From contig NC_086097.1 in assembly GCF_963921235.1 (NCBI RefSeq), forward strand, positions 177,198,001 to 177,262,000: a stretch of 64,000 nt of DNA, given 5' to 3'. Shown here piece by piece: positions 63,869-64,000 of the stretch. Both the position numbers and the translations under genes were made by a program. The DNA is from Mobula hypostoma. Lineage: Eukaryota. Below the pieces are notes generated by a model. The model was not told where the DNA came from and did no database searches. It saw only the letters and a list, made by a program, of their open reading frames with translations. Every line of letters begins with the position of its first letter. The stretch's first letter is position 1.

Positions 63869-64000
63869 AAGTTATATCATGGGTTGATGCGTCAGGGAAG
63901 GCAGACTGTGATCACAATCATCCGGCAGGACTGCTGGTGGCCAGGGATGGGCAGAGATGTTGAGAAATTCTGCCACCATTGTATCATGTGTGCTCAGCAT

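Larger units (their letters stand above)
57085..64000 (+). mobile_element. Endogenous retrovirus-like provirus, degraded and internally deleted, running past the window end
   Basis: 5' LTR 57085-58068 (TGTTG...CAACA). PBS-like 58071-58088. gag relic about 61280-62075 with zinc knuckles. Protease LVDTGAS at 62286. RT NSPMWPVKKPDGS and LQYVDDL (YVDD 62763-62774). Retroviral RNase H end about 63229-63320. Integrase zinc finger about 63872-64000. Confidence 0.88.

Noticed and set aside
61280..64000. Endogenous foamy virus
   Set aside because: Gag shows two CCHC-type knuckle relics, which foamy Gag lacks, and the PBS is Leu-like rather than Lys-like. The lineage is left unresolved.
1..64000. CRISPR array or prokaryotic defence/operon system
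   Set aside because: There are no regularly spaced repeats with unique spacers and no gene-dense organisation. The content is vertebrate interspersed repeats.

Overview
This is eukaryotic, transposon-saturated non-genic or intronic DNA. It is most likely from a cartilaginous fish (shark or ray). That inference rests on HE1-type V-SINEs, DeuSINE relics and the CR1, Rex1/Babar, RTE and Penelope LINE mix. I found no host gene, credible exon chain, rRNA, genuine tRNA or CRISPR array, and nearly every interpretable ORF in the track is a decayed transposon fragment. The most notable items are: (1) a degraded, internally deleted endogenous retrovirus from 57085 past the right edge, with 5' LTR, tRNA-Leu-like PBS, two Gag zinc knuckles, protease, RT, retrovirus-type RNase H and integrase zinc finger, plus a related solo LTR at 5995-6539; (2) a rearranged Tc1 element very close to Sleeping Beauty (40396-41592), a horizontal-transfer candidate; (3) Penelope insertions with inverted pseudo-LTRs, long target duplications and minimal hammerhead ribozyme motifs; (4) a ~14 kb nested insertion stack from 49.6 to 64 kb; (5) non-coding elements carrying Rex1-type 3' tails. 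I do not see convincing evidence of a wholly new biological system. All family assignments are by eye and from memory, without database searches.
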